42,030 bases of DNA from assembly GCF_004010195.1 (NCBI RefSeq), contig NC_057753.1, forward strand, positions 7,946,520-7,988,549, read 5' to 3'. This DNA comes from Chiloscyllium plagiosum (taxonomy: Eukaryota). A program made the translations under genes and the position numbers. How positions within the stretch are numbered: position 1 is the stretch's first letter; the number at the start of each line of letters is the position of its first letter. Below the pieces are notes generated by a model. That model ran no database searches. It had not been told where the DNA came from and worked only from the letters and a program-made list of their open reading frames with translations. Of this stretch, positions 12,298 through 25,800 are shown piece by piece.

Positions 12298-12949
12298 CAC
12301 TGCAGGACAAGTGGAAAAAGGCAGGGGGCAGTGACACTCTTTGAGCTGTGGCTACTGTGTCGAGTTATCACCGACGGTGTTGCAATTTTACTTGAACAAT
12401 GTTCACAGCCTTGTCTATTGTGTAATCATGGTCGGTTGATTTGAAATCTACTGGGGTATCAGGAAGTTCAAGCCTTCCTAAATATGATACTCATTTTCTC
12501 TGATTTTAAACCAGTGTTTGCATGCATACCTGTTCAAAAGCATGACATGAAGCAAGTCGCTGATGTTCGTGTGAGGAGAATATTAAGTCAATCCACTCAT
12601 ATCTGGCCATGTGAACCGGCTTTCTGTGAAATTTCAGAACAAAACCTTTCCGATAAGCAATAAGGGCTAAAATGAACCGACACACAAAAGCGGAGAATTG
12701 TTTGATAGCATTGCAGACAGATTAACTGTTCATTCAGTAAGAAACACAAACTAACATGTTTGTTAATGCAGATTAACAATTACTGTCGCAAAGAGCGGGT
12801 AACAGAAAGGTGCGAAAGAGGGGAAATAGCACCAGATTTGACTCGAAGACAGAGACAAAACAATGGGGATAGGAGGCAAAAAATAAGAAGAGAAACCTTG
12901 CTTTACGTTGAAAGACAGGGTATATCCTTAAACAAAATACAAAACGTTG

Positions 12950-13430
12950 AAAGGCAATGAATGTGGATGGAGTGTAGTAACAAAGAGTTGGAAAACGATT
13001 CTGGTTAAATCATTAATCTCTGCTCTGGGAATATTCTACTTTTTCGTGACGTCATGAAGCACGCTGGATTGTAGATATGAGGAATCTGCAAGAGAATATA
13101 AGTGCATTATGCATGAAATACACAAAGATGTCGTTCAAGTGCAGCAAGTATTGAAGAAAGCAGAACCATTAAAAGAAATTCTGAAATTTGGAGTTTAAAT
13201 ATATGGAAGTTATTTTACAATATTACCGAGTTTTCGTGAATTCATTCTGTGAATAATGTTTACTGTTATAATTCTTGTCATCATGACCTGGCATACTGAC
13301 ATTGAATTCCGTTTAAAAATAATTCATCAGCATGAATCTTGGGATAAATAGCTGAGAAGTCAAAAACATCGAGACAGGTTCAACATCATTCAGTAGAATT
13401 TAAAATAATCACGGTTGGTTCTATTGAAGC
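12950..13430 (+). mobile_element. Very old CR1 ORF2 fragment
   Basis: Weak similarity to the region WQMEFN through QVQQVLKKA and QRRFTRM in other CR1 copies. Confidence 0.45.
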
Positions 13431-14571
13431 AAAACTAATTGACATCTTGCTGTGCTAATAAATCGTATCAGTAAATTCACGCTTTGGAGACATGAGTTTG
13501 ACTCGCAATGAGGCTCAACCAAAAATAACGTGAGCAAACAGCAACTGTAGACCCAATGATGATTGCTCGAAAAACGAACACCTCGCCCACTGATGTGTCT
13601 AATTTCCTCTGCAGAACGATATCTCCCATTAATGTCTGGCCTGGCTGTTGCTCAAGTTTTGAACACTAACAAAAGAAGCTCACAGTTAATGAGAAATACA
13701 AAGAAAATGAGACTTTTTGAGGTAACTTTGCTAATCTATGCACGAAGATGTTCACAGCCACCGTACATGCTTTGTCAGTTATTTAATCTTATGATAAATC
13801 ATCGTCTGCTCGGATAATGTTTCACAATCAAGCTCGACATCAATAAAAGAAACTGCCCCAGTACAATAACACTGCCCTACTTCAATTACTTGTGTAGTTT
13901 TCTCAGTTTTGTACTGTTCCTTGTGTCTCTTCTGACTCGTTTACACAGGGAATTTGTCCTGACTCAATCAAAATGCTAAGCCATCATCCACAACGACAGT
14001 TGAAATTGGAAAAATTTAAACAGTTCATGCTATGACTATCTCTCACTCTCACCCCCATTTGCTGTATCACCACCCGCCCATCTCTGTGTCTTTGTCTGTG
14101 TGTGCATAAGAGATCACTCTTCCTGAAAAAGGGAAAGCGATGTCAAAGGATGAACGTAAAACACCCACGACTAAAATTAGCGAGAATACTTTTAATTTTG
14201 TCAACAGTAATATAAACTGTCAACAGTTGATGGTGCAAGCTTTAAAAGCGCAGAGGCAGTAAAGTCATATCATAACCTGAGCAGTGTGGGGAATCCCAAG
14301 CAATATGATTTTGATATTTCGGTCATGACTTTGGAGTCATCGAAGGGCCGTATCAGAAAATGTTGCAGTGGGGTGTGAGTGAGTATCAGGAGCTGTTTCA
14401 AACAGTTGTGTCTCATGATGGAAGACGTCTGAGGAGTCAATTCTGGCCATCAATGTAGGCGGAAGCAGGACTGTTAAGTGCAGTTGATCAGAGGTAGTTC
14501 CAGTTCAAGAAATACTTGTTTGTTCTGAAAGAAAATAAGGTTTTAAATAATTCTTCTTCGATTTTCAAATT

Positions 14572-17107
14572 TCAAAATTGTTTTATATTAAGCAGTAGGC
14601 TCAGCGGATATTTTACACCTTCTCTAATTCAGTTCTGAATTTACTCTGAGTACAGCATAAATAAATGGATTGATGCAGGAACTCAATAATTGAAGCACAT
14701 ATCCACATCAATGTCGAAACGATTCCAGAGACTGAGTAGTAAAGAGCATTTGAAATTCCAACATTCTGTATCGTGACAAAAAACTACTAAATTCAACAGA
14801 AGAAAACTGCCTGAGATTGCGAAGAGGTAAACAATAGATTCCTTTCCCTTTTCCATTTCCAGGTCACTTTGATTCTCTCTATTCCTCTGGATATGGAGGC
14901 TCCAGCAGGATTTTTAACTGCTACAATGTGTCTGACAGTCAGAGCATTGAGCAGTAAAATGAGAATAAATAGGCGCATAGGGTTTAAAATGCCACGAAAG
15001 CATTCGTAGGCGGCCCATGCAGCTGGCAAATAATATACCTTTTAAGATGGAGACAGTGAGGTCTTCAATTGCTGGAGATCAGTGTTGAGTGTGTGTTTTT
15101 GATTCAGATTCCTTATGAAGGGCTCTGGCCCGAAACATCGATTTTCCTGTTCCTCGGTTGCTGCCTGACCTGCTGTGCTTTTCCAGCAACACACTGTCAT
15201 ACGTTTTAAGATGCAGAGCCAGGGTATCTTGTTCTCTATGTCGATAGGTTCGAAAGCAAAATAAATGCAGGTATTTTTAGGGAGCACAGCGTAGACACAA
15301 TACCTAGAACTCCAATAGCCACATTCTCTGTACAGGACTTTATTTTTTGCTTCTGGCCATAAATGGCCACAAATGAAGCAAACGTGACACTGACATTAAA
15401 CAGATAGAAATGTTGACAACTGCAAAATTTATTGCAGTGCACACACTGCATACGGGTGTGACAGATAGGAAACTATAAGTTGAAAGTCCAATTTTTTAAT
15501 CCAATGTACTATCACAGCCGTGACTATGCCTAGAAGATCGGCTATTTCCATGGACAACAAGTAATAAATGATGCATCCAGGGAGACTGCACCTTCGGGAG
15601 AAGATCACGATTACTGTCAGGTTAGCGGCTGGAGAAAAAGACAAGACAATCGAAACGGATTCGACTCGAATAAAATCATTCATTGCATTGCACTCTGTGC
15701 CATTCGAAGAGTTGAGGCACGAACAAAGGTGGAAAGTGGCCTCTCATGCCGGGTCACTTATTTGGTAAGTTTGACACAGTCACCTTGATTAAAATATGCG
15801 ACATCAATGACTCAAAGATGAAGGAAATGTCATGAGCTCTGACAAAATTCAAGAAGAAATGGAAACGTACATCTAACCAATCACAGCAACATCAAGAAAA
15901 TGATAAGCCAGCAAAGAAACATAGATATACTGAAGTAAGCAAATAATAGAAGAAGCAGCAATATGTCTAGAAAAGACATAAACTCAGGTTTTACCATAAC
16001 CAGAATTTAATACGGCTTCCTTTCAACGAAATATCTGAAAAAAGTTCACCTTTGAAAACATTGAAAGATCATTTATTCAAACACGATCGGACACAAAAAG
16101 ACGTGAGCAGGAAATCTGTGTTTCTTCAATTTTGTTGCAGAAATTTTGACCCATCATTACAACATGCTATATCAGTGTCTATGGTGTGAAGCAGACAGTA
16201 TTAAAGATTGAGAGCAGAAAAAAGTAACTGTTCTATGTTGCAGCCAACTACAAATCATCCATTAACAGGAAACACTTTACAGTAGTGCGAAAATCGTGGA
16301 GCTGAATATACTTTACTTCATAAGGGCATTCACCGAATTTCGCCTTAAATTGTTCAATATTTAAATTCTCTGAACAGAGCAACCATCGTGAGTATTCCCC
16401 CCATTCTAAATTAACCTTAACATCATACATCCCAACTGTTACAATGTCATAATTAAAGCACTGAAAGAATCGACATGAAGAAAAGAGAATTTCAATTACA
16501 CTGAGATGATATTGTGGATATTCAATTGCATGAGCATCGCCAATGATACAACAGAACTCCTTCCAACCATAATAACTGTTGGCGATTCAAAAACAATGGT
16601 CTGCCACTAATACAGTGACATGATTTTCATTTGTGATGAAATTACAGTAAGTTTGGAAGGTTATGTGTTTAAACTTGTGGGATGTTTTTGAGGTAAACAG
16701 GCAGTGTAACTTTACAGAAAACACATGTTATGGTTCAATGGAGATGGGACTTCTATGCCAATAATAGAATAACAACGGAATTAAATTCAGTGAAGGAAAG
16801 CACTGAAATCGTGAAACTCGGCCAATAAATAGGAAAAATCGTAACTTGAACATGAAGTGTTTAGGAACACGCAACTGAAGGTAAAGACATTGCAGCTGAG
16901 ACCAGATTAATGCAGGCTCATTAAAGCATATTCATACTATGTAGAATAGTAACCGTAAAAATGGGAAGGACTCATTATGAATTACGTAGTTTTATAGAGT
17001 GAATGATGTAGATTGTGAAATTTAACAAATATTTTACCTGGAAGTCCAATTGCTGCAAAGAAGGGATGGTAAATGGCAAACTGCAGACCTTTTACTCATG
17101 CATGCAT
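14572..17107 (-). pseudogene. GPR139-like GPCR pseudogene; exon 1 17107-17038, exon 2 about 15628-14572
   Basis: Exon 1 reads MHA*VKGLQFAIYHPFFAAIGLP+G then GTAAAA (70 nt, in-frame TGA). Exon 2 has fragments ANLTVIVIFSRRC..YYLLSM..ADLL, PWLC, AWAAY, LLNALTVRHI and LQLLSSCINPFIYA in different frames, plus an insertion at 15050-15198. Confidence 0.88.
15050..15198. mobile_element. Short Penelope-derived element inserted in the pseudogene
   Basis: Same family as 18840-19063; 15-bp TSD ATAC(C/G)TTTTAAGATG at 15035-15049 and 15199-15213; degenerate hammerhead-like core at 15112-15139. Confidence 0.8.
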
Positions 17108-17444
17108 GTCTATCAGAAGCTGCGAATGCATTTGCTAAACCCTTCAAAATGAATGGTATTGTGCACATGTCAGGTTCCAGGGAATTATATGAAATTGTAT
17201 ATTCATGAAAGTAGTTTCAATAAGCAAATGAGTTGTAAGTACAGGAACTCTGGCGTTGATACAATATTGCAGCAGATGGTTTTTCATAGAATGTGCCAAG
17301 GACCGAAGTTGGAATATCCAGCACTTATACAAAAGAGGCATTGCAAAGAGAAATTCTGAAAAAAATGGGTCTGTCCAAAGTCGTTGTGTATTTCGCTGAC
17401 CAGACCAGACTTCTCTTACCATGTGTCATGCATCCATATCCGGT

Positions 17445-17730
17445 AGAGTTTAGCTCGATGAGGGAGAATCCCACTAAAATGTTATGAGAAGCCTGGATAG
17501 AGTGTTTCCGATTTCAGGAGAGATGAAGACGCGAGGGCACAGTCTCAGTGTGAAGAACACACTCTTTAGAAACTGAGATGAGGACGAATTTCTTTAATTA
17601 GGGAGTGGTGAAACTATGTAATTCATTGACATGGAAGACTATAGTGGCCATAACATTGTGTGTAGGTTTTATAGAGATAAATAGATTTTTGATTAATGAG
17701 GGGAGAGATGATTAGGGGCAGAAGAGAGGG
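17445..17730 (+). mobile_element. Old CR1 3' fragment
   Basis: Degenerate RGHSL...TEMRTNFF..GVVKL..SL...FKAEIDRFL-like sequence. Confidence 0.7.
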
Positions 17731-17819
17731 GAAAGTTTGATTTTTAATTATTTATTCATTTCGTGTAATATTGGCCTCGCTGGCTGGCACGTGTAATGTT
17801 TTGGAATTCAGGTACAATT

Positions 17820-18460
17820 AGAGTCATAGAGTCACAGAGCATGTACAGCATGGAAACAGACCTTTCGGTCCAATCCGGCCATGCTGACCAGATATCCCAA
17901 CCCAATCTAGTCCCACCTGCCAGCACAAGGCCACCAAACCCTTCCTATTCATATTCTCTTCCAAATGTCTCTTAAATTGTGCAATTATACCAGCCTCCAC
18001 GAATTCCTCTGGCAGGGCATTCCATACCCGTACCACTTTCTGTATGAAAAAGTTGCCTCTTAGGTCTCTTTTATATCATTCCGCTCTCACCCTAAACCTA
18101 TGCCCTCCAGTTCTGGACTCCCCGACCCCAGGGAAAAGAATTTGCCTATTTACCCTATCCATGCCCCTCATTATTTTGTAAACCTCGATAAGATCACCCC
18201 TCTCCCTACAGCTCAAATCCTCCAAACCTGGCAACATCCTTGTAAATATGTTCTGAACCATTTGAAGATTCACAACATTTTTCCGATAAGATGGAAACCA
18301 GAATTGCACGCAATATTCCAACAGTGGCCTAACCAATGTTTGTAGAGCCGCAAAATGACCTTCCAACTCTTGTACTCAATACTCTGACCAATAAAAGAAA
18401 GCATACCAAATGCCTTCTTCCCTATCCTATCTACCTGCGACTCCACTTTCAAGGTACTAT
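17820..18460 (-). mobile_element. 5'-truncated CR1 LINE
   Basis: TLVRPLLEYCVQFW motif with frameshifts; (ATGACTCT)n tail at 17820-17840. Confidence 0.88.
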
Positions 18461-18839
18461 GACTGGATTGGTAAAACTATTATGCTATAGCAAAACACAC
18501 TTTATTTTTTCACCAGTTAAATACAGAGAGACGAAAACCAAATAGTTTAAATCTAACTCTATTGAGATGGTTAACAAAATGATATAAGATTTAACTTCTC
18601 TCCTAAACTGTTCCAATGATGCCGCATCCAGAAAGAAACTTAGCAAAGATCAACATAAAGGAGAACTCGAGAACACAAAACCAGCAATAAAGGGAGAACA
18701 CAAGCTTCCACAACAGTAACGAAACCTGTGTCGTCTGAAAATCCAGCTTCACCAACTGATAGTAAAACTGGAAACTCTGGGTCGGTGTATGTCTGACTCC
18801 ACCCATACATTCTTACTTAGTCGACTTTAAATAACACAA

Positions 18840-19063
18840 GGGGAAAGTGAGGACTGCAGATTCTGGAGATCAGAGCTAAAAATGTGTTGCTGGAAAAGCG
18901 CAGCAGGTCAGGCAGCATCCAAGGAGCAGGAGAATCGACGTTTCGGGCATGAGCCCTTCTTCAGGGTTCCTGAAGAAGGGCTCATGCCCGAAACGTCGGT
19001 TCTCCTGCTTCTTGGATGCTGCCTGACCTGCTACGCTTTTCCAGCAACACATTTTCAGCTCAG
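18840..19063. mobile_element. Penelope-derived hairpin element with two inverted hammerhead-like cores
   Basis: 93-bp inverted arms (18873-18965 / 18969-19061); CTGAAGA-A-GGGC-TCAT-GCCC-GAAAC-GTC on both strands; 14-bp TSD TTTAAAT(A/G)ACACAA at 18826-18839 and 19064-19077. Confidence 0.85.
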
Positions 19064-19269
19064 TTTAAATGACACAAACTAGTTTAATTGCTTTACAAGG
19101 GGCAGATGGCTCATCACCAGATTTACAATACTTACTATCAAGAGCAACAGGACCGCACAAATCGCGCTATAAAAGCAGATGTTTTCACAAGATACATAAC
19201 TAGGAACACACTGACAAAGTTAGGAGCAAAAGAAGAATATTTGACTGCTCACATATATGCTTGCGTGAA

Positions 19270-19990
19270 CTACGACCATGGCTGATCATTGTATGCAGCC
19301 CTTTGACCAGACTGGCTGCCCATACCATGAGCTTCTTTTAGCCCTAAGACTGCGATTAAACTTCTTCTTCAAGACATTCAATGCTTTGGCCTCAACTGTT
19401 TTTATTGCAACGAATTCCACAGGCTCACCATACACTGGATGAAACGGTTTCTTCTCATCTTCCTTGTAATTCCTTGTTCCAGTTCCTATCAACATCGGGA
19501 AATTAGTTCTTATTTCACCTTCTCCAGTCCTGATTAAATGTTATAGATTTCTATGAGATCCACCTCCTTTTTTAACTCCATTGAGTAAGCTCCTAATCAT
19601 TCCACTCTCTCATTGCATGTCAACCCTAACAGCCCCAGAATTTTCCGACACTTCCAGAAGCCCTTCCTCAAATATAAGAGGCCCGAACTGGTCATTATAC
19701 TCAAGATGTAGTCTGACCAAGGTCCTGTACAATTTTACCAAATCTTCCATGCTCTTTTATCTGAATCCTCGCGCCATGAAGTCCAACATACCGTTTGCCT
19801 TCTTCGCTCCTTGCTACTCCTGCCTACTATTTTCTGTAAAGAACGTAGGACAGCCAGGTCCGTCTGAAATAGGCTTTTGGTTTCAACATAGCATCATCCA
19901 GTCAATAAACTGCCTTTCTGATTTTGCTCTCAAAGTAGACAAAATGACATGTAAACCTTAAATTCCATTTGCTATGCTATGACCCACTGT
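19270..19990 (-). mobile_element. Old CR1 ORF2 C-terminal fragment
   Basis: Minus strand reads LYRTLVRLHLEYNDQFGP and PVEFVA..VEAKALNVLKK-like remnants. Confidence 0.75.
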
Positions 19991-19998
19991 CTGCGAGC

Positions 19999-20520
19999 CA
20001 CTATCAATACTGACACAGTCCACTAGGAGTCACTGTATATACAGATAAAATTCTCATGGTTGCCCTGTAAATACTGAACTACTTCCTATGGACTATCATA
20101 AATGCTGACATACCTTCTACGCTGCCACTGTAAACGATGTTAAACAACACACATCAGGTAATAGTCTCATAGGTTTATTTGGAAGTACTAGCTTTCGGTG
20201 GTCTGAACCATGATCAGGTAGCTGTGGAGCAGGGTCATAATACATAGTGTTATAAATTCTGTGCATTATAATCCTACCTTACAGCTACCTTATGAAGCAG
20301 AAGTACTCCGAAAGCCAATAATTTGAAATTAGCCTGTCGGACTATAACCTGGTGTTGTGCGATTTCTAACTTGGTCCATTCCAGTCGAACACCGGCACTT
20401 CCACATCACTGTAAATAATGACGTTATAGTCCAGGACGTCCTACAAGTGCTGATACATTCCCAATGCACTCCTCTAAATACTGACCCTGTCCCTGAAGAT
20501 TCCTATAAATACTATTCACT
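19999..20520. repeat. Degenerate 31-32 bp minisatellite interrupted by a Penelope-derived insertion
   Basis: CACTGTAAATACTGAC-like core at 19999, 20031, 20063, 20094 and 20126, resuming at 20407 and about 20439, 20470 and 20501. Confidence 0.55.
20140..20406. mobile_element. Older Penelope-derived hairpin element (second family)
   Basis: Imperfect inverted arms (about 20139-20247 / 20258-20371) with CT(G/T)ATNA...CCGAAAGC cores; flanked by CACTGTAAA(CG/TA)ATG. Confidence 0.7.
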
Positions 20521-21216
20521 AATTGAGAATGTTCCATGATTACATAGTGACCCTATGTACGTGAAAACAAACTGCCTGGCACACCATTTGAAGAAGAAAT
20601 CAGCTTTAAAAAATCTTCTTGCTACAGAAACGATAAGCCAGCATTAGAATCCGAGAGCGATAGTCTGGAACTGTTTTAACTTCTTGAAGGTACGAACTGC
20701 CTGACCTGAAATCCTTTCACTTTCCTTGACTTTCTCCACAACAGTGCACATTCCTGGGAATTTTCCAGCCCTGGACAAGACCAAATGGAATTTGGATGCA
20801 AGGACAATCAGAAACACTTATTAATAGAAAGTCTGCGATCTACACTGTAACCAAGTGCATCCTGTCAGAACTGATCCAGCATATCTACTATCCTCACCGG
20901 CCTGTGACCCTGTAACTATGCTCAGAGAAATCCGACATTTTGGCTGATCTGCTGGAAGAAGGGTTGGAGAACTTCCTTACAGGGATGCAGGATCTTCCAT
21001 GCTGGGTCAACCTCCCAGCAGCAGGCTGGTTGAAATCTAAGGAGATTATATGCCACTCATTTAGCTGTCGAGTAGAATTCATTGAATAGATGCATGAGAG
21101 CATTTAATTTGGTTTGATATATCTTATTGTCACATATATTGTAATACAATGAAAAGTATTGTTTTGCATCCTATCCAGCAAAATCATTCCTTGTATAAGT
21201 ACATCAAGCCAATTCA

Positions 21217-21480
21217 GCCCTGCAGCCGCTCTGTGGTTAGCACTGCTGCCTCACAGCACCAGGTTCTGAGATTCGATTTCAGTCCTGGGGAATGTCAGCG
21301 CAGTGTTTTCACATTCTCCCCATTTCTGTGTTGGTTTCCTTTTGCAGTCCAAAGATAAGCCGGGTAGTCGTATTCGCATGTTTAATATCAGGTTATGGCG
21401 TCTAGGTGGGACGTTTTTCAGAGAGTCAGTCTGGTTCTAATGGGCCAAATGGCCTCTTTCATTTTTGTAACGATTGTATG
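21217..21480 (+). mobile_element. Old degenerate HE1-like SINE
   Basis: GTGGTTAGCACTGCTGCCTCACAGC head; paralogue of 1637-1915. Confidence 0.75.
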
Positions 21481-22887
21481 GTTTCAGAATATAGTGCTCC
21501 AAGGTCCAAATTAAAATCTCACCCAGTTCCTGAATGTTCTCAGTTCAACCATGTTTACTTCTATGAATTATTGACTGTAGGGGTCCTGAAAATTAAGTTA
21601 CAGAACTTGAGTGAGGGATTGCTCTTTACGAACTGTTTGCCAGCCACGCTTGTGATTCAGTTCAATCGATGCATTTATTTGGGTATGTCAATCTTTATGG
21701 AATGTAAACAATGTGCAGTGTGAGGCAGAGAGGCAGCAGATTGGCATAAGGTGAGAATTTGGTTCAGGGAATTAATGTAGACACAACGTACTGAAATGTC
21801 CCAGTCATTATGTAATAATTTTGTAATTTTCTGAATTTGCTTAAGATCTTGTTCTCAAAAGAATATGTTCTAGTTTTTTTCTAGAGAGTGTTACTTAGTG
21901 GCATACTAGCATTGAAGTATGACAATGATGCGTCGTGAATCTTCACATGATGTGGGCAGTTACGGAGCCGGAGGCATGCTGATTTGAATCATTGTTTTTG
22001 ATTTATTGAGCAGACGTGATAGTCGCACAGTCTAAATACTAGGTTGTAAACTTGTCTTATTCCCAGACAGATTACACCATTCAACATAATCAATTTCGTT
22101 AGGAATTCGCAGCCTCTCGCCACAGAGCTCTCTTCTCATGAACTTGCACACTAGACTTGTTCCGTTTGTACCTTTGTCATAAAAAATATGCACTTGCTGA
22201 ATATGTGATGAATTTCATGCTTTCTGTTCTTAAGCAAGAAGAATTTCGACACATTTTCGATCAGAACAAACGAACGCCATTTCTAACTGATATCTATCCC
22301 GACACACACCGACAAAACCATGGCAGCGCGAGAATTCTATGCACTTCGTCCTATCGAGGTGACTGCTATCATGCAATTTTCTTTTTTAATTTTTCCCATG
22401 GTCACTTGGGACAATTATGATCTTCACAATGGCGCGCTGAAGTGGAACAACATCCAACAATTGTTCTTAACAATCATTGCTGTATAAGCCGGAACTCGTT
22501 GGCTTATCATTCAAAATTCAAAACCAGCGTCGAATACCCTTGAAAAGAGATACGCCTGGTTGATACGTTGGATGAATTGCTTAATATATCAGAGTAAGAG
22601 TTGATGCTTTTGAAACACAAAATATCACGAGAGGATTTCAGAGATCAGATATTGGCATCATGGTTCGACTTGTGAGGGAGTTCCATGCCAAGTTACAAAA
22701 ACATTGTAGAATGGTTGTTGAATGACAGCCATTCATTTCAGGCTCCGATAGAATGTAATTTCTTCTTTAAGAGATGATCAATATCTCAATTTCTCTATCC
22801 CAGGCACTAGAGGAATCCATATCACTGAAAGCCTTTTTAGAATTTGTGAAGCATCAAAACATTGATGGATGTGAGGATTGGCACTTA

Positions 22888-25800
22888 AAGACCATAAGAC
22901 CATAAGACCTAGGAGTGGAAGTAAGGCCATTCGGCCCATCGAGTCCACTCCGCCATTCAATCATGGCTGATGCGCATTTCAGTTCCACTTATCAGCGTTC
23001 TCCCCGTAGCCCTTAATTCCTCTAGACAACAAGAATCTATCAATCTCGGCCTTGAAGACATTTAGCGTCCCGGCTTCCACTGCACTCCGTGGCAATGAAT
23101 TCCACAGGCCCATCACTCTCTGGCTGAAGAAATGTTTCCGCATTTCTGTCCTGAAATGGCCCCCTCTAATTCTAAGGCTGTGTCCACGGGTCCTAGTCTC
23201 CTCGTCTAACCGAAACAATTTCCTAGCATCCACCTTTTCCAAGCCATGTATTATTTTGTACGTCTCTATTAAGTCTCCACTTAATCTTCTAAACTCCAAC
23301 GAATACAATCCCAGTATCCCCAGTCGTTCCTCATATGTTAGACCTGTCATTCCAGGGATCATCAGTGTGAATCTCCGCTGGACACGTTCCAGTGCCAGTA
23401 TGTCCTTCCTGAGGTAAGGGGACCAAAACTGGACACAGTACTCCAAATGGGGCCTAACCAGAGCTTTATAAAGTCTTAGTAGTACATCTCTGCTTTTATA
23501 TTCCAACCCTCTTGAGATAAGAGACAACATTGCATTCGCTTTCTTAATCACGGACTCAACCTGCATGTTTACCTTTAGAGAATCCTCGACTAGCACTCCC
23601 AGATCCCTTTGTGCATTGGCTTTATTAATTTTCTCACCATTTAGAAAGTAGTCTATGCTTTTATTATTTTTGCCAAAGTGCAAGACCTCGCACCTGCTCA
23701 CGTTAAATTCCATCAGCNNNNNNNNNNNNNNNNNNNNNNNNNNNNNNNNNNNNNNNNNNNNNNNNNNNNNNNNNNNNNNNNNNNNNNNNNNNNNNNNNNN
23801 NNNNNNNNNNNNNNNNNNNNNNNNNNNNNNNNNNNNNNNNNNNNNNNNNNNNNNNNNNNNNNNNNNNNNNNNNNNNNNNNNNNNNNNNNNNNNNNNNNNN
23901 NNNNNNNNNNNNNNNNNNNNNNNNNNNNNNNNNNNNNNNNNNNNNNNNNNNNNNNNNNNNNNNNNNNNNNNNNNNNNNNNNNNNNNNNNNNNNNNNNNNN
24001 NNNNNNNNNNNNNNNNNNNNNNNNNNNNNNNNNNNNNNNNNNNNNNNNNNNNNNNNNNNNNNNNNNNNNNNNNNNNNNNNNNNNNNNNNNNNNNNNNNNN
24101 NNNNNNNNNNNNNNNNNNNNNNNNNNNNNNNNNNNNNNNNNNNNNNNNNNNNNNNNNNNNNNNNNNNNNNNNNNNNNNNNNNNNNNNNNNNNNNNNNNNN
24201 NNNNNNNNNNNNNNNNNNNNNNNNNNNNNNNNNNNNNNNNNNNNNNNNNTGACCTCCCTTTACTAAATTCATGTTGACTTGTTCTAATCAGACTCTGCTC
24301 TTCCAAGAATTTAGAAACCTCATCCTTAATGATGGATTCTAGAATTTTACCAACAACCGAGGTTAAGCTGATTGGCCTATAATTTTCCATCTTTTGCCTT
24401 GATTCTTTCTTGAACAAGGGGGTTACAACAGCCATCTTCCAATCATCCGGGACCTTTCCTGACTCCAGTGGCTCTTGAAAGATCTCAACCAATGCCTCTG
24501 CTATTTCCTCAGCCACCTCTCTCAGAACTCTAGGGTGTATCCCATCGGGGCCAGGAGATTTATCAATTTTAAGACTTTTTAATTTTTCTAGCACTATCTC
24601 TTTCGTAATGGCAGCCATACTCAACTCAGCCCCGTGACACCCTTTAATTTTTGGGATATTACTCATGTCTTCCACTGTGAAAATTGACGCAAAGTACTTG
24701 TTAAGTTCTCCTGCTATTTCCTTATCTCCCATCACTAGGCTTCCTGCATCAGTTTGAAGTGGCCCAATGTCTACTTTTGCCTGTCGTTTGTTTCTTATGT
24801 ACTGAAAGAAACTTTTACTATTATTTCTAATATTACTGGCTAGCCTACCTTCATATTTGATCCTCTCATTTCTTATTACACTCTTTGTTATCCTCTGTTT
24901 GCTTTTGTATCCTTCCCAATCTTCTGATTTCCCACTGTTCTTAGCCACTTTATAGGATCTCTCTTTTTCTTTAATACATTTCCTGACTTCCTTTGTCAGC
25001 CAAGGTTGTCTAATCCCTCCCCGGTTAATCTTTCTTTTCTTGGGAGTGATCCTCTGTACAGTGTCCTCAATTATACCTACAAACTCCTGCCATTTTTGCT
25101 CTGCTGTCTTCCCGGTTAGCCTCTGCTTCCAGTCTATTTTAGTCAGTTCCTCTCTCATGCCCTCATAATTACCTTTATTCAACTGTAACACCATTACATC
25201 CGATTTTGCCTTCTCCCTTTCAAACTCCAGACTGTACTCTACCATATTATGGTCGCTACTTCCTAAGGGTTCCCTTATTTTAAGATCTTTTATAGAGTCT
25301 GGTTCATTGCAAAGCACTAGGTTCAGAATAGCCTGCTCTCTTGTGGGCTCCATGACAAGCTGTTCCAAAAATCCATCCTGTAAGCATTCCATGAATTCCC
25401 TTTCTTTAGATCCACTAACAACATTATTTACCCAGTCCACCTGCATATTGAAGTCTCCCATGATCAATGTAACCTTGCCTTTCTGACATGCCTTCTCTAT
25501 TTCCCGGTACATGTTATGTCCCTGGTCCTGACCACTGTTAGGGGGTCTATACACAACTCCAATTATGTTTTTTTTTGCCTTTGTGGTTCCTCAATTCCAC
25601 CCACACAGACTCCACATCATCCGACGCTATGTCATTCAATATCATAGATTTAATTTTGTTCTTAACTAACAAGGCAACCCCACCCCCTCTGCCCACCTCT
25701 CTGTCTGTTCGATAAGTTGAAAGACCATGGAGGTTTAACTGCCAGTCCTGACCCCCCTGTAACCAAGTCTCTGTGGTGCCTACTACATCATAATCATTCA

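Noticed and set aside
19999..20520. Periodic motif as a CRISPR-like array
   Set aside because: Degenerate units with no unique spacers, no cas genes, vertebrate context.
23052..23417. Antisense and alternative-frame ORFs over CR1, SINE and Penelope copies (also 5392, 26336, 36057, 41260, 41660)
   Set aside because: Shadow ORFs of repeats with no independent coding signal.
23655..24277. Long ORFs made of X residues
   Set aside because: Artefacts of the N gap.
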